DNA of 46,153 nt, from positions 1 through 46,153 of the forward strand of contig JAZKSP010000002.1 in NCBI GenBank assembly GCA_036626005.1. Reading direction: 5' to 3'. Positions 1-10,323 of the stretch are shown here, one piece after another. The translations under genes and the position numbers were made by a program. The notes under the pieces are model-generated. The model worked only from the letters and a program-made list of their open reading frames with translations. It ran no database searches and was not told the DNA's origin. Every line of letters starts with the position of its first letter. Position 1 is the stretch's first letter. Source of the DNA: Thermoplasmatota archaeon (lineage in GTDB: Archaea > Thermoplasmatota > Thermoplasmata > Halarchaeoplasmatales > Halarchaeoplasmataceae).

Positions 1-244
1 CATCTATCTTTACTCCAGCATTCCTCCTTGTAGGACCGTCTATCCTGATAACCCCAGTATTCCTATCTGTTTCATCTCCCGACCATATTTTTGCGGCGGT
101 CATATTATCCCCCTGGATAAGAATAATATCTCCACTCTTAAGACCTAATTTTTCTTTGACTTCAGGATCGATCCTAGCTAGCCCTCTTCCTACATCACTT
201 GATTTGGCCTCTGCGACCTTTAGTACCTTTTCATTCCCCTTCAT
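1..244 (-). CDS. CDC48/VAT-type AAA+ ATPase, N-terminal fragment (gene runs off the left edge)
   Basis: Own minus-strand translation from ATG at 242-244: MKGNEKVLKVAEAKSSDVGRGLARIDPEVKEKLGLKSGDIILIQGDNMTAAKIW..GVIRIDGPTRRNAGVKID. This is the typical Cdc48/VAT N-domain signature. It is absent from the ORF track because it is truncated. Confidence 0.75.
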   Translation of the reverse strand, partial: MKGNEKVLKVAEAKSSDVGRGLARIDPEVKEKLGLKSGDIILIQGDNMTAAKIWSGDETDRNTGVIRIDGPTRRNAGVKID

Positions 245-393
245 GTTTCTCACCAATAAACTATACAAAGATATGTTGTTATATTCTCGTTGTAAAGATA
301 TGTTTCAGATGTATTTAAACCTTTTGACTAGGTTTTCAGGTGAAATTAGGTAATCAAAAAAACTAAACTCCTATCGACTTATTATCCAAATGC

Positions 394-1674
394 ATGGTAA
401 TCTCACCACAACCTATCGATATTATTTCTTTCCTATTGGCTCTCTTTATCGGCCTGATGGTCGGCTTAGAGAGAACAGGCATATCTGTTAAGGAAGATGA
501 GGCCAAAGGAGCCGGGGTACGGACTTTTGCTTTAGTCGCTGTGATGGGTTTCTTGATGACGTTTTTCTTTAAAAATGATGGAGCATTATTGATTATCAAC
601 GTTCTAATATTTTCTATTCTTTTCATCTCCCTCCCGATTTTCCGTAGACCAAAAGGCTCCGTGGGACTAACAACTTCAAGTGCATTGATGTTAATCTTTT
701 TAATAGGGATGCTCTTTGGACTCGGTCGACCTATATTAGGAAGCATAAGCGGATTACTTTTGTTGGCTCTAACTTCTTCAAAAAGGATACTGCACAGCTT
801 TGCTGAAGTTCTATCAAGAGAGGATCTATGGAGTGCCGTGCGTTTTTTGATCGTTGCCATGATTTTGGTACCGATCACCTATAGTGTTGGCCCGATACAT
901 CCCCTTGTCGGGTCTGGTAGGGTATTTGATCCGCTTCAGGCTCTTATGATGGTCCTGTTTGTTTCAAGTATATCTTTTTTGAGCTACGTAGTGATGAAAG
1001 TATATGGTGCCAGAAGAGGGTTAAAAATATCGGCATTCATCGGTGGATTAGTGAGTTCTGCTGCGGCAACAGCCTCGGTGTCAGAGAAATCTAAGAAAAT
1101 TACTGAGAGTTTGAACACTTCTGTTGTTAGTATCCTACTTTCTAACACATCGATGTTTATAAAAGATTATATCATCATCTTCACAGTAGCAGGATATGTT
1201 TTAGCTAGGGAATTTTTGTTGCCGATCGTTCTGTTTTTGTTTCTAACGGGGGTGTTCCTAACATACTTCATGAAAAAAGGAGGACGGAAGACAAAGGATT
1301 TAAATTCCGTAGAAATAGACCTTGGAACACCATTTGCCTTAAAACCCGCCGCTAAATTTGCTGTACTTTTCAGTCTGATATGGATCTCGAGTTATCTACT
1401 ACAGAATTATGTCGGCGGAAGTGGAGTTTATATTGTAGCTATCGGTGGCCTGATTTCAACCACATCAGTTTCTGCTTCAATCTCCTCTCTATATATGGCA
1501 GGAGAAATAGGAAGCCTAACAGCAGTATCCACTATACTTCTTGCCTTTGGACTCGGATCTATCTCAAAAATATTGATCGCTAGAGCCTATGATAAAAGAT
1601 TGGCAAAAGATGTCTCTTTGCCGATGTTTGTCTTAGCAACCACATCATTTATATTGGTGCTCCTCTTGAACTAA
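394..1674 (+). CDS. MgtC/SapB-family membrane protein with C-terminal DUF4010-like polytopic region
   Basis: N-terminus GLMVGLERTG..GAGVRTFALVAVMG matches the MgtC signature. 426 aa, strongly hydrophobic throughout. Confidence 0.7.
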   Translation: MVISPQPIDIISFLLALFIGLMVGLERTGISVKEDEAKGAGVRTFALVAVMGFLMTFFFKNDGALLIINVLIFSILFISLPIFRRPKGSVGLTTSSALMLIFLIGMLFGLGRPILGSISGLLLLALTSSKRILHSFAEVLSREDLWSAVRFLIVAMILVPITYSVGPIHPLVGSGRVFDPLQALMMVLFVSSISFLSYVVMKVYGARRGLKISAFIGGLVSSAAATASVSEKSKKITESLNTSVVSILLSNTSMFIKDYIIIFTVAGYVLAREFLLPIVLFLFLTGVFLTYFMKKGGRKTKDLNSVEIDLGTPFALKPAAKFAVLFSLIWISSYLLQNYVGGSGVYIVAIGGLISTTSVSASISSLYMAGEIGSLTAVSTILLAFGLGSISKILIARAYDKRLAKDVSLPMFVLATTSFILVLLLN

Positions 1675-1720
1675 TTAGCAGAAAAATGAACGTTAAATTA
1701 GTACAGGGAAGTGTTGTCGG

Positions 1721-3286
1721 ATGATAAGTTCTGGATTCCTCTTGGCGCTGATACTGATCGTTGGCTTTATAGCAGGAATATTCATATTAGACAGATTCGA
1801 TTTGTTGGAACCTTTTGGTTTGGAAATGTCGGGCCCTCTCTTGATGTGGAAGACTAAAAAAGGTCGGGACTTGATAGACAGGATAGCCCAAAAAAAGCGT
1901 TTCTGGGAGATTTATGGTAATATAGGCCTGGTAGTAGTCGGCATAGCCATGGTCATCATTTTTTTAATGGTGGCCTTCAACGCATACATGGCTACAGCTA
2001 TTCCAGCTGAGCAGGCCCCAGATGCAAACGAGATCCTGGTGATACCTGGTGTGAATCCCTTCATACCTGTGGGCTACGGTATCTTAAGCCTTGCCGTGGG
2101 CATAATAGTACACGAATTCTCCCACGGTATACTTTCAAGGGCCGCCGACGTTGATATCAAATCCCTCGGGCTTATTTTTCTAGTGGTTCCCCTCGGGGCG
2201 TTCGTTGAACCTGATGAAGATCAGATAGAAGAAACGGAGAGGATCAAGAGGGACAGGATGTTCGCCGCCGGTGTGACCTCGAACATCGTTCTTGCAATAA
2301 TTCTTGTACTCGTATTTTCTACGGTATTCATGGGTTCAGTCTCCGCAGAAGAAGACGGCGTGATGATAAGAGGTGTCTATGAAGATACCCCTGCTGCCGA
2401 AGCGGAGATGCAGTCTTACGACCAGATATTGGAGATCGACGGAAAAGAGATCACAGGAACCAAAGATTTGGGATCACTGAATATAAACCTTACAGAAACG
2501 AATGAAGAGACCTTAAGAGAGGTCGATGTGAGTGTGAGGAAAGGGAAAGACTACCGAACTTATAAAAATGTGACAGTAGGACTGGTGGTCATTGGAATAC
2601 TGGAGGATTCTCCGGCTCACGATGCAGGATTAGAACCCGGGGCTATTCTATATCAGATCAACGAAACGACCATACATAATAGAAATGATCTAAGTGATGC
2701 ATTAAAAGGGAAGGACAAAATAAGCTTGAAGTACTGGCAGAAAAATAATTCAGAAGATGCTGAGTACAAAATAGAACAGGAAAACTTGACACTAGAAGAC
2801 GGACTTATGGGAATAAATATGGGATATTTTGGTCTAACGTATGAAGATGCTGATTGGTTACCTAAATTGCTTTCTAACCCTCTATCGGCGGGAAAAACGG
2901 GTCTACAACCGTTGAGGTTTTATTTCCAGAACGCAGCGACATATATAGCCCTTCCTTTACTTGGACTGTCCCCTGTACCTGAACAGCTTACCGGACTTTA
3001 CGAGATAAGCGGTCCGTTGTCAGCATTACCTACAAATGGGTTTTGGATCTTGGCTAATTCTATTTATTGGGTCTTCTGGTTGAATATACTCTTAGGTCTT
3101 TTCAATGCTTTACCTGCGATACCTCTAGATGGAGGTTATCTTTTCCAGGATGGTATCGAGGATTTATCCGAGAGATTAGGACTAAACGAGGATACTGGAG
3201 AAAAGTTATCTTCTGGAATGACCTACGCGCTAGCTCTCCTGGTTCTGTTCCTACTGATGTGGTCCATGATAGGTCCTAGAATATAA
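1721..3286 (+). CDS. Site-2 protease (peptidase M50) with internal PDZ domain
   Basis: HEFSHG (HExxH) lies in a TM segment. The C-terminal NALPAIPLDGG motif is present. A PDZ-like GILEDSPAHDAGLEPGAIL segment lies between them. Confidence 0.85.
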   Translation: MISSGFLLALILIVGFIAGIFILDRFDLLEPFGLEMSGPLLMWKTKKGRDLIDRIAQKKRFWEIYGNIGLVVVGIAMVIIFLMVAFNAYMATAIPAEQAPDANEILVIPGVNPFIPVGYGILSLAVGIIVHEFSHGILSRAADVDIKSLGLIFLVVPLGAFVEPDEDQIEETERIKRDRMFAAGVTSNIVLAIILVLVFSTVFMGSVSAEEDGVMIRGVYEDTPAAEAEMQSYDQILEIDGKEITGTKDLGSLNINLTETNEETLREVDVSVRKGKDYRTYKNVTVGLVVIGILEDSPAHDAGLEPGAILYQINETTIHNRNDLSDALKGKDKISLKYWQKNNSEDAEYKIEQENLTLEDGLMGINMGYFGLTYEDADWLPKLLSNPLSAGKTGLQPLRFYFQNAATYIALPLLGLSPVPEQLTGLYEISGPLSALPTNGFWILANSIYWVFWLNILLGLFNALPAIPLDGGYLFQDGIEDLSERLGLNEDTGEKLSSGMTYALALLVLFLLMWSMIGPRI

Positions 3287-3330
3287 CCTCCGAAATTTTT
3301 TATGTTTTAATCCTCCTTAAGTGAATTGCT

Positions 3331-4740
3331 ATGTTACCCTTCGAAGAAGTAGCCGTTATGGATAAGAACGCTGAGTATAGAGGAATTCCTCCTAAAGAAT
3401 TGATGGAAAATGCCGGGAAAAAGTTGGCCGAGGTTATATCCAATAAATTTTCTGAAAGACCGGTGCTTTTCATATGTGGTACCGGAAATAATGGTGGGGA
3501 TGCCTATGTTTCTGGTCGATATCTGAGAAGGCGATGGAAAAGTGCAGATATAATGGTGCATCTGATCAAAAGTAGAGAAAATATCAGGAGTGATATCGCC
3601 GCAGAGAATTTTGAAGAGTTCGAAGGAAAAGTTGTCAAAGAGTTGGAATGGTCCGATATAGACAAAAATACGATAATAGTGGATGCCATGCTTGGAACTG
3701 GAGTTAAAGGTGAGATCAGGGAACCGTATAGGTCAATAATAGAGAAGATAAACGAGTTAGAGAATCCCGTGGTTTCAGTGGACGTTCCTAGCGGTCTTGG
3801 ATCTGATATCCAAGTCCATCCTCAGATCACAGTAACATTTCACGATGCCAAGGAGGGGATGACTTTAGAAAATTCTGGAAGGATAGAGATAAAGGATATC
3901 GGCATACCTGAAAAAGCAGTAGATCACACAGGACCGGGCGAGATGCTCCTCTATCCGAGAGCGAAGAGTGATTCTCATAAAGGCGAGAACGGGAGAGTGC
4001 TAATAGTAGGTGGAGGGCCTTATACTGGGGCACCCGCTTTAGCCGGAAAAGCAGCTTATCGGACAGGTGTAGATCTTGTTCACCTAGCAGTACCTTCCTC
4101 CATAGCGGATACTGTCTCCGGCTATTCTCCGGATTTTTTAGTTCATTCTCTTGAAGGTGATATCTTGGTAGAAGAACACGTGGAAAAGATCAGGTCGATC
4201 TCCGAAGACTGCGATGCAGCGATTATAGGCCCGGGTCTAGGTGACGATGAGAAGACCCTAGAGGCGGTCGAAGACTTGATCGAGAAGATCGATATCCCGA
4301 TGGTCATAGATGCAGACGCTCTGAAGGCCTTTTATGAGGAAATCGAAATAAGTTCCGAAACAGTTCTTACTCCTCATAGAGGAGAGTTCGAGATGCTGAT
4401 CGATGAGGATATTGAAGAAGAACTAGCTGAGAAAGCCGACGAGTTCGCAGCGAGCAATTCTGTCTCAATTTTTTTAAAAGGTAAGAAGGATTACATCACC
4501 GACGGCGAGAGTTACAGGTGGAACGACTTCGGTAACGTGGGGATGACGGTAGGAGGAACAGGAGATACGTTATCGGGAGTGATCGGAGCTATGCTGAGCA
4601 AGGGAACCGATGCATTCAACGCCGGCAGGCTAGGAGCTTACATGACCTGCAGAGCCGGAGACAAAGCTTTCGAAGAGGTAAGATGGGGCCTGATACCTGA
4701 AGATATAATAGAAAGATTGCCTGAGCTTTTCGACGAATGA
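3331..4740 (+). CDS. nnr: Bifunctional NAD(P)H-hydrate repair enzyme (epimerase + ADP-dependent dehydratase)
   Basis: YjeF-N motif CGTGNNGGDAYV. C-terminal carbohydrate-kinase motifs HKGENGRVLIVGG and GGTGDTLSGVIGA. Confidence 0.9.
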   Translation: MLPFEEVAVMDKNAEYRGIPPKELMENAGKKLAEVISNKFSERPVLFICGTGNNGGDAYVSGRYLRRRWKSADIMVHLIKSRENIRSDIAAENFEEFEGKVVKELEWSDIDKNTIIVDAMLGTGVKGEIREPYRSIIEKINELENPVVSVDVPSGLGSDIQVHPQITVTFHDAKEGMTLENSGRIEIKDIGIPEKAVDHTGPGEMLLYPRAKSDSHKGENGRVLIVGGGPYTGAPALAGKAAYRTGVDLVHLAVPSSIADTVSGYSPDFLVHSLEGDILVEEHVEKIRSISEDCDAAIIGPGLGDDEKTLEAVEDLIEKIDIPMVIDADALKAFYEEIEISSETVLTPHRGEFEMLIDEDIEEELAEKADEFAASNSVSIFLKGKKDYITDGESYRWNDFGNVGMTVGGTGDTLSGVIGAMLSKGTDAFNAGRLGAYMTCRAGDKAFEEVRWGLIPEDIIERLPELFDE

Positions 4741-4829
4741 GTTGTTTAGGTAGAGGCCAAAGTTTTTCCTGATGACTAATTTTTTATACTTTTTTCTACT
4801 ATAGCTCAACTGATGGAATTTAGGTGTTT

Positions 4830-6491
4830 ATGATGGTTGATATAAAAGCTCCCCGAGGGACAGAATTGACCTGCAAAGGCTGGAAACAGGAGGCTATGCT
4901 CAGACAGCTGAAGAATAATATGGAGAATGCGGAAGATCCAGATAATCTTATAGTCTACGGGGGTTCGGGAAAAGCCGCTAGGAATTGGGAGTGTTATGAG
5001 GAAATAGTTGAGACTTTGAAAGAATTGGAAAATGACGAAACTTTGATGATCCAGAGCGGTAAGCCGGTTGGTGTTTTTAAAACATTCGAAAGAGCTCCTA
5101 GAGTTATAATAGCAAATTCAAATATCGTACCTAAGTGGTCCACCTGGGACAAATACTACGAGTTGGAAGACCTAGGACTGATGATGTACGGACAGATGAC
5201 CGCGGGTAGCTGGTGTTATATCGGTACGCAGGGTATAATCCAGGGAACATACGAGACCTTTGCTGCTTTAGCCCGAAAACATTTTGACGGCACATTAGAA
5301 GGAAAATTATGCTTGAGCGGTGGTCTAGGAGGCATGGGTGGAGCACAGCCTTTGGCTATCAAGATGAATGGTGGTGTTGCACTTGTTGTTGAGATTAATC
5401 CAGAGATGGCTCAGAAAAGGTTGGATGCCGGTTACTGTGATGTTATCGTGGAAGACCTAGATGAAGCATTAGAACTAGCCTTAGAAGCAAAAGAAAATGG
5501 AGAAGCAAAATCTATCGGATTGATAGGAAATACCGCTGAAACACATCCCGAGATATTAGAAAAAGGGTTAATACCGGATGTGGTGACCGATCAAACCAGT
5601 GCACATGACGCGATGGCTTATTTCCCTAAAGGGCTAACCTACGAAGAAGGTTTAGAATTGAGGGAGAACGATCCTGAGGAATTCAAGAAAAAAGCTATGG
5701 AATCGATGAAGTTACACTGCAAGACTATGGTAAAGATGCAGGAAGAAGGTGCGATAGCCTTCGATTACGGGAACAACCTAAGAGGTCAGGCTAAAGATGC
5801 CGGTTTCGAGAACGCTTTCGCGTATCCGGGTTTCGTCCCTGCTTATATCAGACCGATGTTCTGTGAAGGTAGAGGTCCATTCAGATGGATGGCACTCTCC
5901 GGTGACCCAGAAGACATATTGAAAACTGATGAAGTCGTGAAAGAGTTGTTCCCAGAGAACGAGCAGTTGAAGAATTGGATAGATCTAGCTGAAGAACATC
6001 TTCCATGGGAAGGTTTACCCGCGAGAGTCTGCTGGTTAGGATATGGCGAAAGAGAAAAATTCGCCAAAAAGATAAACGATATGGTAGCCAGCGGAGAGAT
6101 ATCTGCACCGATCTCGATAACTAGAGACCATCTTGATGCAGGCAGCGTGGCAAGTCCAAACAGGGAAACTGAAAGTATGAAGGACGGAAGTGATGCCGTG
6201 GCAGATTGGCCTTTATTGAACGCCATGCTTAACCTGAGTGCAGGAGCTGACAGCGTCTCTATCCACAACGGAGGAGGGGTCGGAATCGGCTTATCTACTC
6301 ATGCTGGTATGGTCGTTGTAGCTGATGGAACAAAAGAGGCTGAGGAGAATATAGAGAGAGTGTTCAAGACAGATCCCGGTTCTGGTGTGGTGAGACACGC
6401 CGATGCTGGATACGAAAAGGCTATAGAATTTGCAAAAGAACATGACATAAAGATGCCGATGCTTGAAAGGCAGAGAAAAAAAGAGGAATAA
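4830..6491 (+). CDS. hutU: Urocanate hydratase (urocanase)
   Basis: Full-length family match: [38 protein letters not shown]. The ORF opens at GTG 4824. An AGGTG Shine-Dalgarno (SD) at 4822-4826 favours ATG 4830 or 4833. Confidence 0.93.
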   Translation: MMVDIKAPRGTELTCKGWKQEAMLRQLKNNMENAEDPDNLIVYGGSGKAARNWECYEEIVETLKELENDETLMIQSGKPVGVFKTFERAPRVIIANSNIVPKWSTWDKYYELEDLGLMMYGQMTAGSWCYIGTQGIIQGTYETFAALARKHFDGTLEGKLCLSGGLGGMGGAQPLAIKMNGGVALVVEINPEMAQKRLDAGYCDVIVEDLDEALELALEAKENGEAKSIGLIGNTAETHPEILEKGLIPDVVTDQTSAHDAMAYFPKGLTYEEGLELRENDPEEFKKKAMESMKLHCKTMVKMQEEGAIAFDYGNNLRGQAKDAGFENAFAYPGFVPAYIRPMFCEGRGPFRWMALSGDPEDILKTDEVVKELFPENEQLKNWIDLAEEHLPWEGLPARVCWLGYGEREKFAKKINDMVASGEISAPISITRDHLDAGSVASPNRETESMKDGSDAVADWPLLNAMLNLSAGADSVSIHNGGGVGIGLSTHAGMVVVADGTKEAEENIERVFKTDPGSGVVRHADAGYEKAIEFAKEHDIKMPMLERQRKKEE

Positions 6492-6543
6492 GATCAGATT
6501 ACCGTCCTAGATTTAATGTACCAGTAGACCTGATAGGGTAAAT

Positions 6544-7425
6544 ATGACCGAAGGATTCACCATCAAAAGTATAGATAGAGAAGATAAAGAAGAAGTTTTG
6601 GAGCTGACCGAGGATATCTGGCAGGGACACGACTACATACCCGATGTGATCGATGAGTGGATAGAGAACGGAGGATTTATCAGTGGTAAAGTCGACGGTG
6701 AGATGGTCGCTGTAGCGAAACATACCGAACAAAGAGAGGACGTATACTGGTTGGAAGGTCTGAGAGTCCATCCTGACCATCAGGGTAAAGGGTACGGAAG
6801 AGATATGATGGAGGAGCAGATCGATCTCCTTGAAGAGAAGGGCTACAAAGCTCTGCGCTTTCTAACGAGCCAGGATAAAAGCCCGGTTAAGAAAGTGGTT
6901 TCGGAAAGAGGATTTGAGGTAAAACAGTCCTATCACTTTCTAAGACTTGATGTGGATGGATTAATGGAAAAGAAAGAATCTATAGAAAGGTATCGAGAAA
7001 ATCTAGATGGGATCGTTAAAGAAGATAGAAAAGAGAAGGTTAAAGATTTTGTTTTTTCTTCTGAAGAATATGAAAAATACGAAAAGGAGTTCCTTGCAAG
7101 TTGGACCTGTAAGAAGATAGATGAAGACCTGTTAGAAAAAGAGGTAGAAAAAAGGAACTGCTTCACGATTCATGAAGACGGAGATATCGATGCTCTAGCA
7201 TTTTTCTATCATTACGAACCGTTCGAATCTCTTAGTATTCCTTTTATTTCAGGTTCAAAGGAAGGGATCGAACGATTGATAGATTATGGGTTGGTTAAAA
7301 GTATAGAAGAGAACTTTGCCAGATATTCGATAAAAACAGCTTCTGATAAAATAGCGTCCATAGCGGAGGAAAGAGGGATCGAGAGATCGGATCATGGCAA
7401 GGTACTGCTGTTCGAAAAGAGATGA
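6544..7425 (+). CDS. GNAT-family N-acetyltransferase with ~150-aa C-terminal extension
   Basis: Acetyl-CoA binding motif LRVHPDHQGKGYGRDMM. No substrate can be inferred. Confidence 0.7.
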   Translation: MTEGFTIKSIDREDKEEVLELTEDIWQGHDYIPDVIDEWIENGGFISGKVDGEMVAVAKHTEQREDVYWLEGLRVHPDHQGKGYGRDMMEEQIDLLEEKGYKALRFLTSQDKSPVKKVVSERGFEVKQSYHFLRLDVDGLMEKKESIERYRENLDGIVKEDRKEKVKDFVFSSEEYEKYEKEFLASWTCKKIDEDLLEKEVEKRNCFTIHEDGDIDALAFFYHYEPFESLSIPFISGSKEGIERLIDYGLVKSIEENFARYSIKTASDKIASIAEERGIERSDHGKVLLFEKR

Positions 7426-7492
7426 TTGTATAATAAAAGGCTCTCAAAATATTGATAAGTCAAGAAAATGTTGGAATCTATAGTTGTTAAAT

Positions 7493-8119
7493 ATGGATAA
7501 GGAAATACAGATCATCTCATTCGACATGGACGGAACCTTGATACCAAAAGATTTTGCGGACGATTTTTGGTTGAAAAAGATACCCGAGCTCTATTCTCGA
7601 AAGACTGAGTTATCCAAAGATGAGGCCCAAGAAAAGTTTATAGAAGAGTACGACAAGATGGGCAGAGACGATATCAGGTGGTACAAACCGGACTACTGGT
7701 TCTCAAAATATGAGATAGATCAGGAGCCTAGAGAAGTACTCGAAGAGCTTAGGAAGGAATATGAACTTTATGATGACGCTAAAGAGATAATGAAAGAACT
7801 CCATAAAGAATACAAATTGATAATAATCTCAAACGGAATGAGGATGTTCATAGAAGTGGGGCTTGGAGAATACCAGACCTATTTTACGGCACTCTACTCT
7901 TCAGTATCCAATTTTGAGATGAGTAACAAAACCACCTCCTTATACCAAAGGATCTGTAGTGAGCTGAATGTTGAGATTGAGGAAACGATACATATAGGAG
8001 ATGATCGAGAGAACGATTATAAACCTGCTAAAAAAGCGGGTATGCAGTCTTACCTGTTGAACCGAGACGAGACTAAAGATGGATTGAACGACCTAAGAGA
8101 ACTGCTTGAAATATTGTAA
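7493..8119 (+). CDS. HAD-superfamily hydrolase
   Basis: Motif I FDMDGTL, motif II IISNG, motif IV GDDRENDYKPAKKAGM. ATG 7493 is preferred over the TTG at 7484 in the ORF track. Confidence 0.7.
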   Translation: MDKEIQIISFDMDGTLIPKDFADDFWLKKIPELYSRKTELSKDEAQEKFIEEYDKMGRDDIRWYKPDYWFSKYEIDQEPREVLEELRKEYELYDDAKEIMKELHKEYKLIIISNGMRMFIEVGLGEYQTYFTALYSSVSNFEMSNKTTSLYQRICSELNVEIEETIHIGDDRENDYKPAKKAGMQSYLLNRDETKDGLNDLRELLEIL

Positions 8120-8136
8120 GTATTTCACTAATCGGT

Positions 8137-8994
8137 TCAATTATCTATTAGTTCTATATCTGTTCCCTTCACATGAGCATATTTTCCTCGATTTCCTCCT
8201 CTATAACCAGATACAGAAAAGATCGAAAGGAGCTTTTCATCGAAGTAGTACTTATAGCCTTTTGGATGTACCTCGTGAGCTCTGATGATCTTAGATAGAT
8301 TATTTTCAGTCAAAAATTCATCTACTGCTTTTTCACCGTAGAGATGATAATCTCCTCTTTTGAAATTGGGTTCAAATCTTTTTATATCTTCATTAGGATC
8401 GTTCCAGAATATCTCCTCATATGATTCGTCGTCATGATCTAGCTCTTTTATTCGAGATAAAGAAGTTATTCCTTTAGGGATACCTCCGTGAGCGGCGTAA
8501 TGATCATCTCCCAATACAGAGGCTACAGGTAATTTATCGTAAAGATCAACGATTTTTCGATATAGTGATTCCGAATATCTCATATTGATAACTCTATAGA
8601 AGCCATAACTGTGATTCATCCTCTCGGTCTCGTGATTACCACGCAACAAAATGACTTTTTCAGGTCTTTGAATCTTCAAAGATAGAACATAAGCCAGATT
8701 TTCAAGCTGTTTTTCCCCTCTATCTACGTAATCGCCGAGGTATATTATTGGAACTCCTCTTTTAATGGCCTGTTCTGATGGTCGCTTTGCTGAATTTAGA
8801 TCCCCATGGGTATCTCCCACTAGGAAAAATTCGTTCCAGTTTTTTTCTACTAGATTTTCAGCTTCTAAAATATCATCCGCTCTCCGTATAAGATCAAGGT
8901 ATTCCTCTTCACTGACTTTTGTGATACCCTCCTTCAAAATCTTATCTATGAGTTTCATCAATCCAGTATATAGGAAATTTCTTATTTGTATCAT
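8137..8994 (-). CDS. PPP-family Ser/Thr protein phosphatase (metallophosphoesterase)
   Basis: GDTHGD, GDYVDRG, LRGNHE and AHGG motifs in canonical order. The start may be the internal Met at 8958. Confidence 0.85.
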   Translation of the reverse strand: MIQIRNFLYTGLMKLIDKILKEGITKVSEEEYLDLIRRADDILEAENLVEKNWNEFFLVGDTHGDLNSAKRPSEQAIKRGVPIIYLGDYVDRGEKQLENLAYVLSLKIQRPEKVILLRGNHETERMNHSYGFYRVINMRYSESLYRKIVDLYDKLPVASVLGDDHYAAHGGIPKGITSLSRIKELDHDDESYEEIFWNDPNEDIKRFEPNFKRGDYHLYGEKAVDEFLTENNLSKIIRAHEVHPKGYKYYFDEKLLSIFSVSGYRGGNRGKYAHVKGTDIELIDN

Positions 8995-9503
8995 TGGGTT
9001 CTAACCCTTTGCCCGAAAAGTAGATAAAGTAATAATATATATTTTTTTTTAAGTAATTTAAATTGCGATCTTGTGGTGAGCAGGGTTCTTTGATGTTGGT
9101 AATCTTTATATCGTATTTTTATCTATATTTACTACGGTTTTCGTGATGTTATCTTTAAAACACCCTCCGAGTCCATCATCGGATTTAGAGTCTAATATTT
9201 ATAAGTCAAAAAATACTCTAGCCACTTCGGATAGTGGTGAAAGACTTTGACTCTTCGCCTATCTAAAATTAAAATTTAATATTTTTAATCTATAAATTTC
9301 AAGATCCAACAGACTAAATAAACTAATCGAGATTTTTAAATCAGCCTTTCCAATCTTAATTAGTGTCCATAGAATTTTTTGAACTATGAGCATTTATCGG
9401 ATTACAGAATACGAGCACATAATATTCCCATGGATTACGCTCAGTTATCAAAGTGTTAGCTGGAAAATTAAATAACTTCCCTCTCTTTTTCATTATCCGG
9501 AAA

Positions 9504-9728
9504 ATGAGAAGAAGAACCCTAGAGATAAGATGTAAAGAATGTGGAAAAAAGATCTTCAAATATATCAAATACGGTGACGGTAACTTGATAAACTGTCATA
9601 AAAAACGAATAATCGAGGACAACAGCGTTAAAGAAAACAAAGAAGTGAAGTGCACCTGTGGAAATTTGATAGGTATAGACAGATCGACTAGAATAAAGAT
9701 GAAACAACATTCTTTTGAAAAAAACTGA
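9504..9728 (+). CDS. Small basic zinc-ribbon-like protein (hypothetical)
   Basis: 74 aa from the internal ATG: MRRRTLEIRCKECGKKIF...EVKCTCGNLIG (CxxC ... CxC). No SD was seen. It sits in an AT-rich, gene-poor stretch. Confidence 0.35.
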   Translation: MRRRTLEIRCKECGKKIFKYIKYGDGNLINCHKKRIIEDNSVKENKEVKCTCGNLIGIDRSTRIKMKQHSFEKN

Positions 9729-9781
9729 ACTTAGTTCTCAATTAGAAAGTTGAATGATAAAGAATAGAAGCTGAGAAAGTT

Positions 9782-10132
9782 CTACACCTGGAAAGATAAC
9801 AAGCTAGAATTCAAAGAGATGACGGTAGTCGGACCTACACCACCTTCGAACATATCTATAGGGAAATGAAAGGGATTATCCCAAGCCAATACACATAAAC
9901 CGGAAAATCTATTCTTGGTCTCGTCTATCAGGAGCTCAATCAACTTTTTCTCATTTTTATGATGAACACTTTTTTCCGCATCATCTATTAAAGACCAGTG
10001 AAAACACATCATAACTGCGGTCCCTGAGGCTTCTATAGGGTATGGAGCATCTTCAGCCGGCATGTATTCTAAAAAACCTCTCGATACACCATCTTTATAG
10101 ACTATGTAGCCTTCCATCCCCTTATCGAACAT
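9782..10132 (-). CDS. YoaP-like/GNAT-related domain protein, possibly the 3' part of a frameshifted gene
   Basis: GYIVYKDGVSRGFLEYMPAEDAPYPIEA..MMCFHW resembles the YoaP-like acetyltransferase-associated family. An upstream open frame (10122..10232) abuts it in another frame. Confidence 0.5.
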   Translation of the reverse strand: MFDKGMEGYIVYKDGVSRGFLEYMPAEDAPYPIEASGTAVMMCFHWSLIDDAEKSVHHKNEKKLIELLIDETKNRFSGLCVLAWDNPFHFPIDMFEGGVGPTTVISLNSSLLSFQV

Positions 10133-10323
10133 TTCTTTTCTCCAATCCTCCCAGACAGTACATTATCTCTTTAAGATTTTGTACGTTCAAAGGTACGACA
10201 TTTCCTTCTATTTCATATCCTGCTTCCCTCATATCGATCTCAATAACCCATTTGAGGATATCGATAAAAATATTTCTATGGATGATAGAAAAAATAGCAA
10301 GTATTAGAAAAAAGTATTTTTCC

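Noticed and set aside
363-878. 171-aa minus-strand ORF overlapping the MgtC-like gene, and the 65-aa ORF at 156..353.
   Set aside because: It is antisense to a gene with clear family motifs and has no recognisable motifs itself. 156..353 overlaps the real Cdc48 N-terminus on the opposite strand.
9093-9190. Possible C/D-box sRNA or regulator sites: near-repeat TGATGTT(GGTA)ATCTTTA at ~9093 and ~9144, and GATGATGG on the minus strand at ~9172.
   Set aside because: The C-box-like elements are imperfect. No CUGA D/D' boxes occur at the required spacing, and no terminal stem is present. Support is insufficient.
9204-9252. Nested inverted repeat (AGTCAAA..CCACT-TCGGAT-AGTGG..TTTGACT) in the gene-poor region.
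   Set aside because: The stems are short in AT-rich DNA. This could be a small hairpin RNA or a terminator, but nothing distinguishes it from chance. It is covered by the islet finding.
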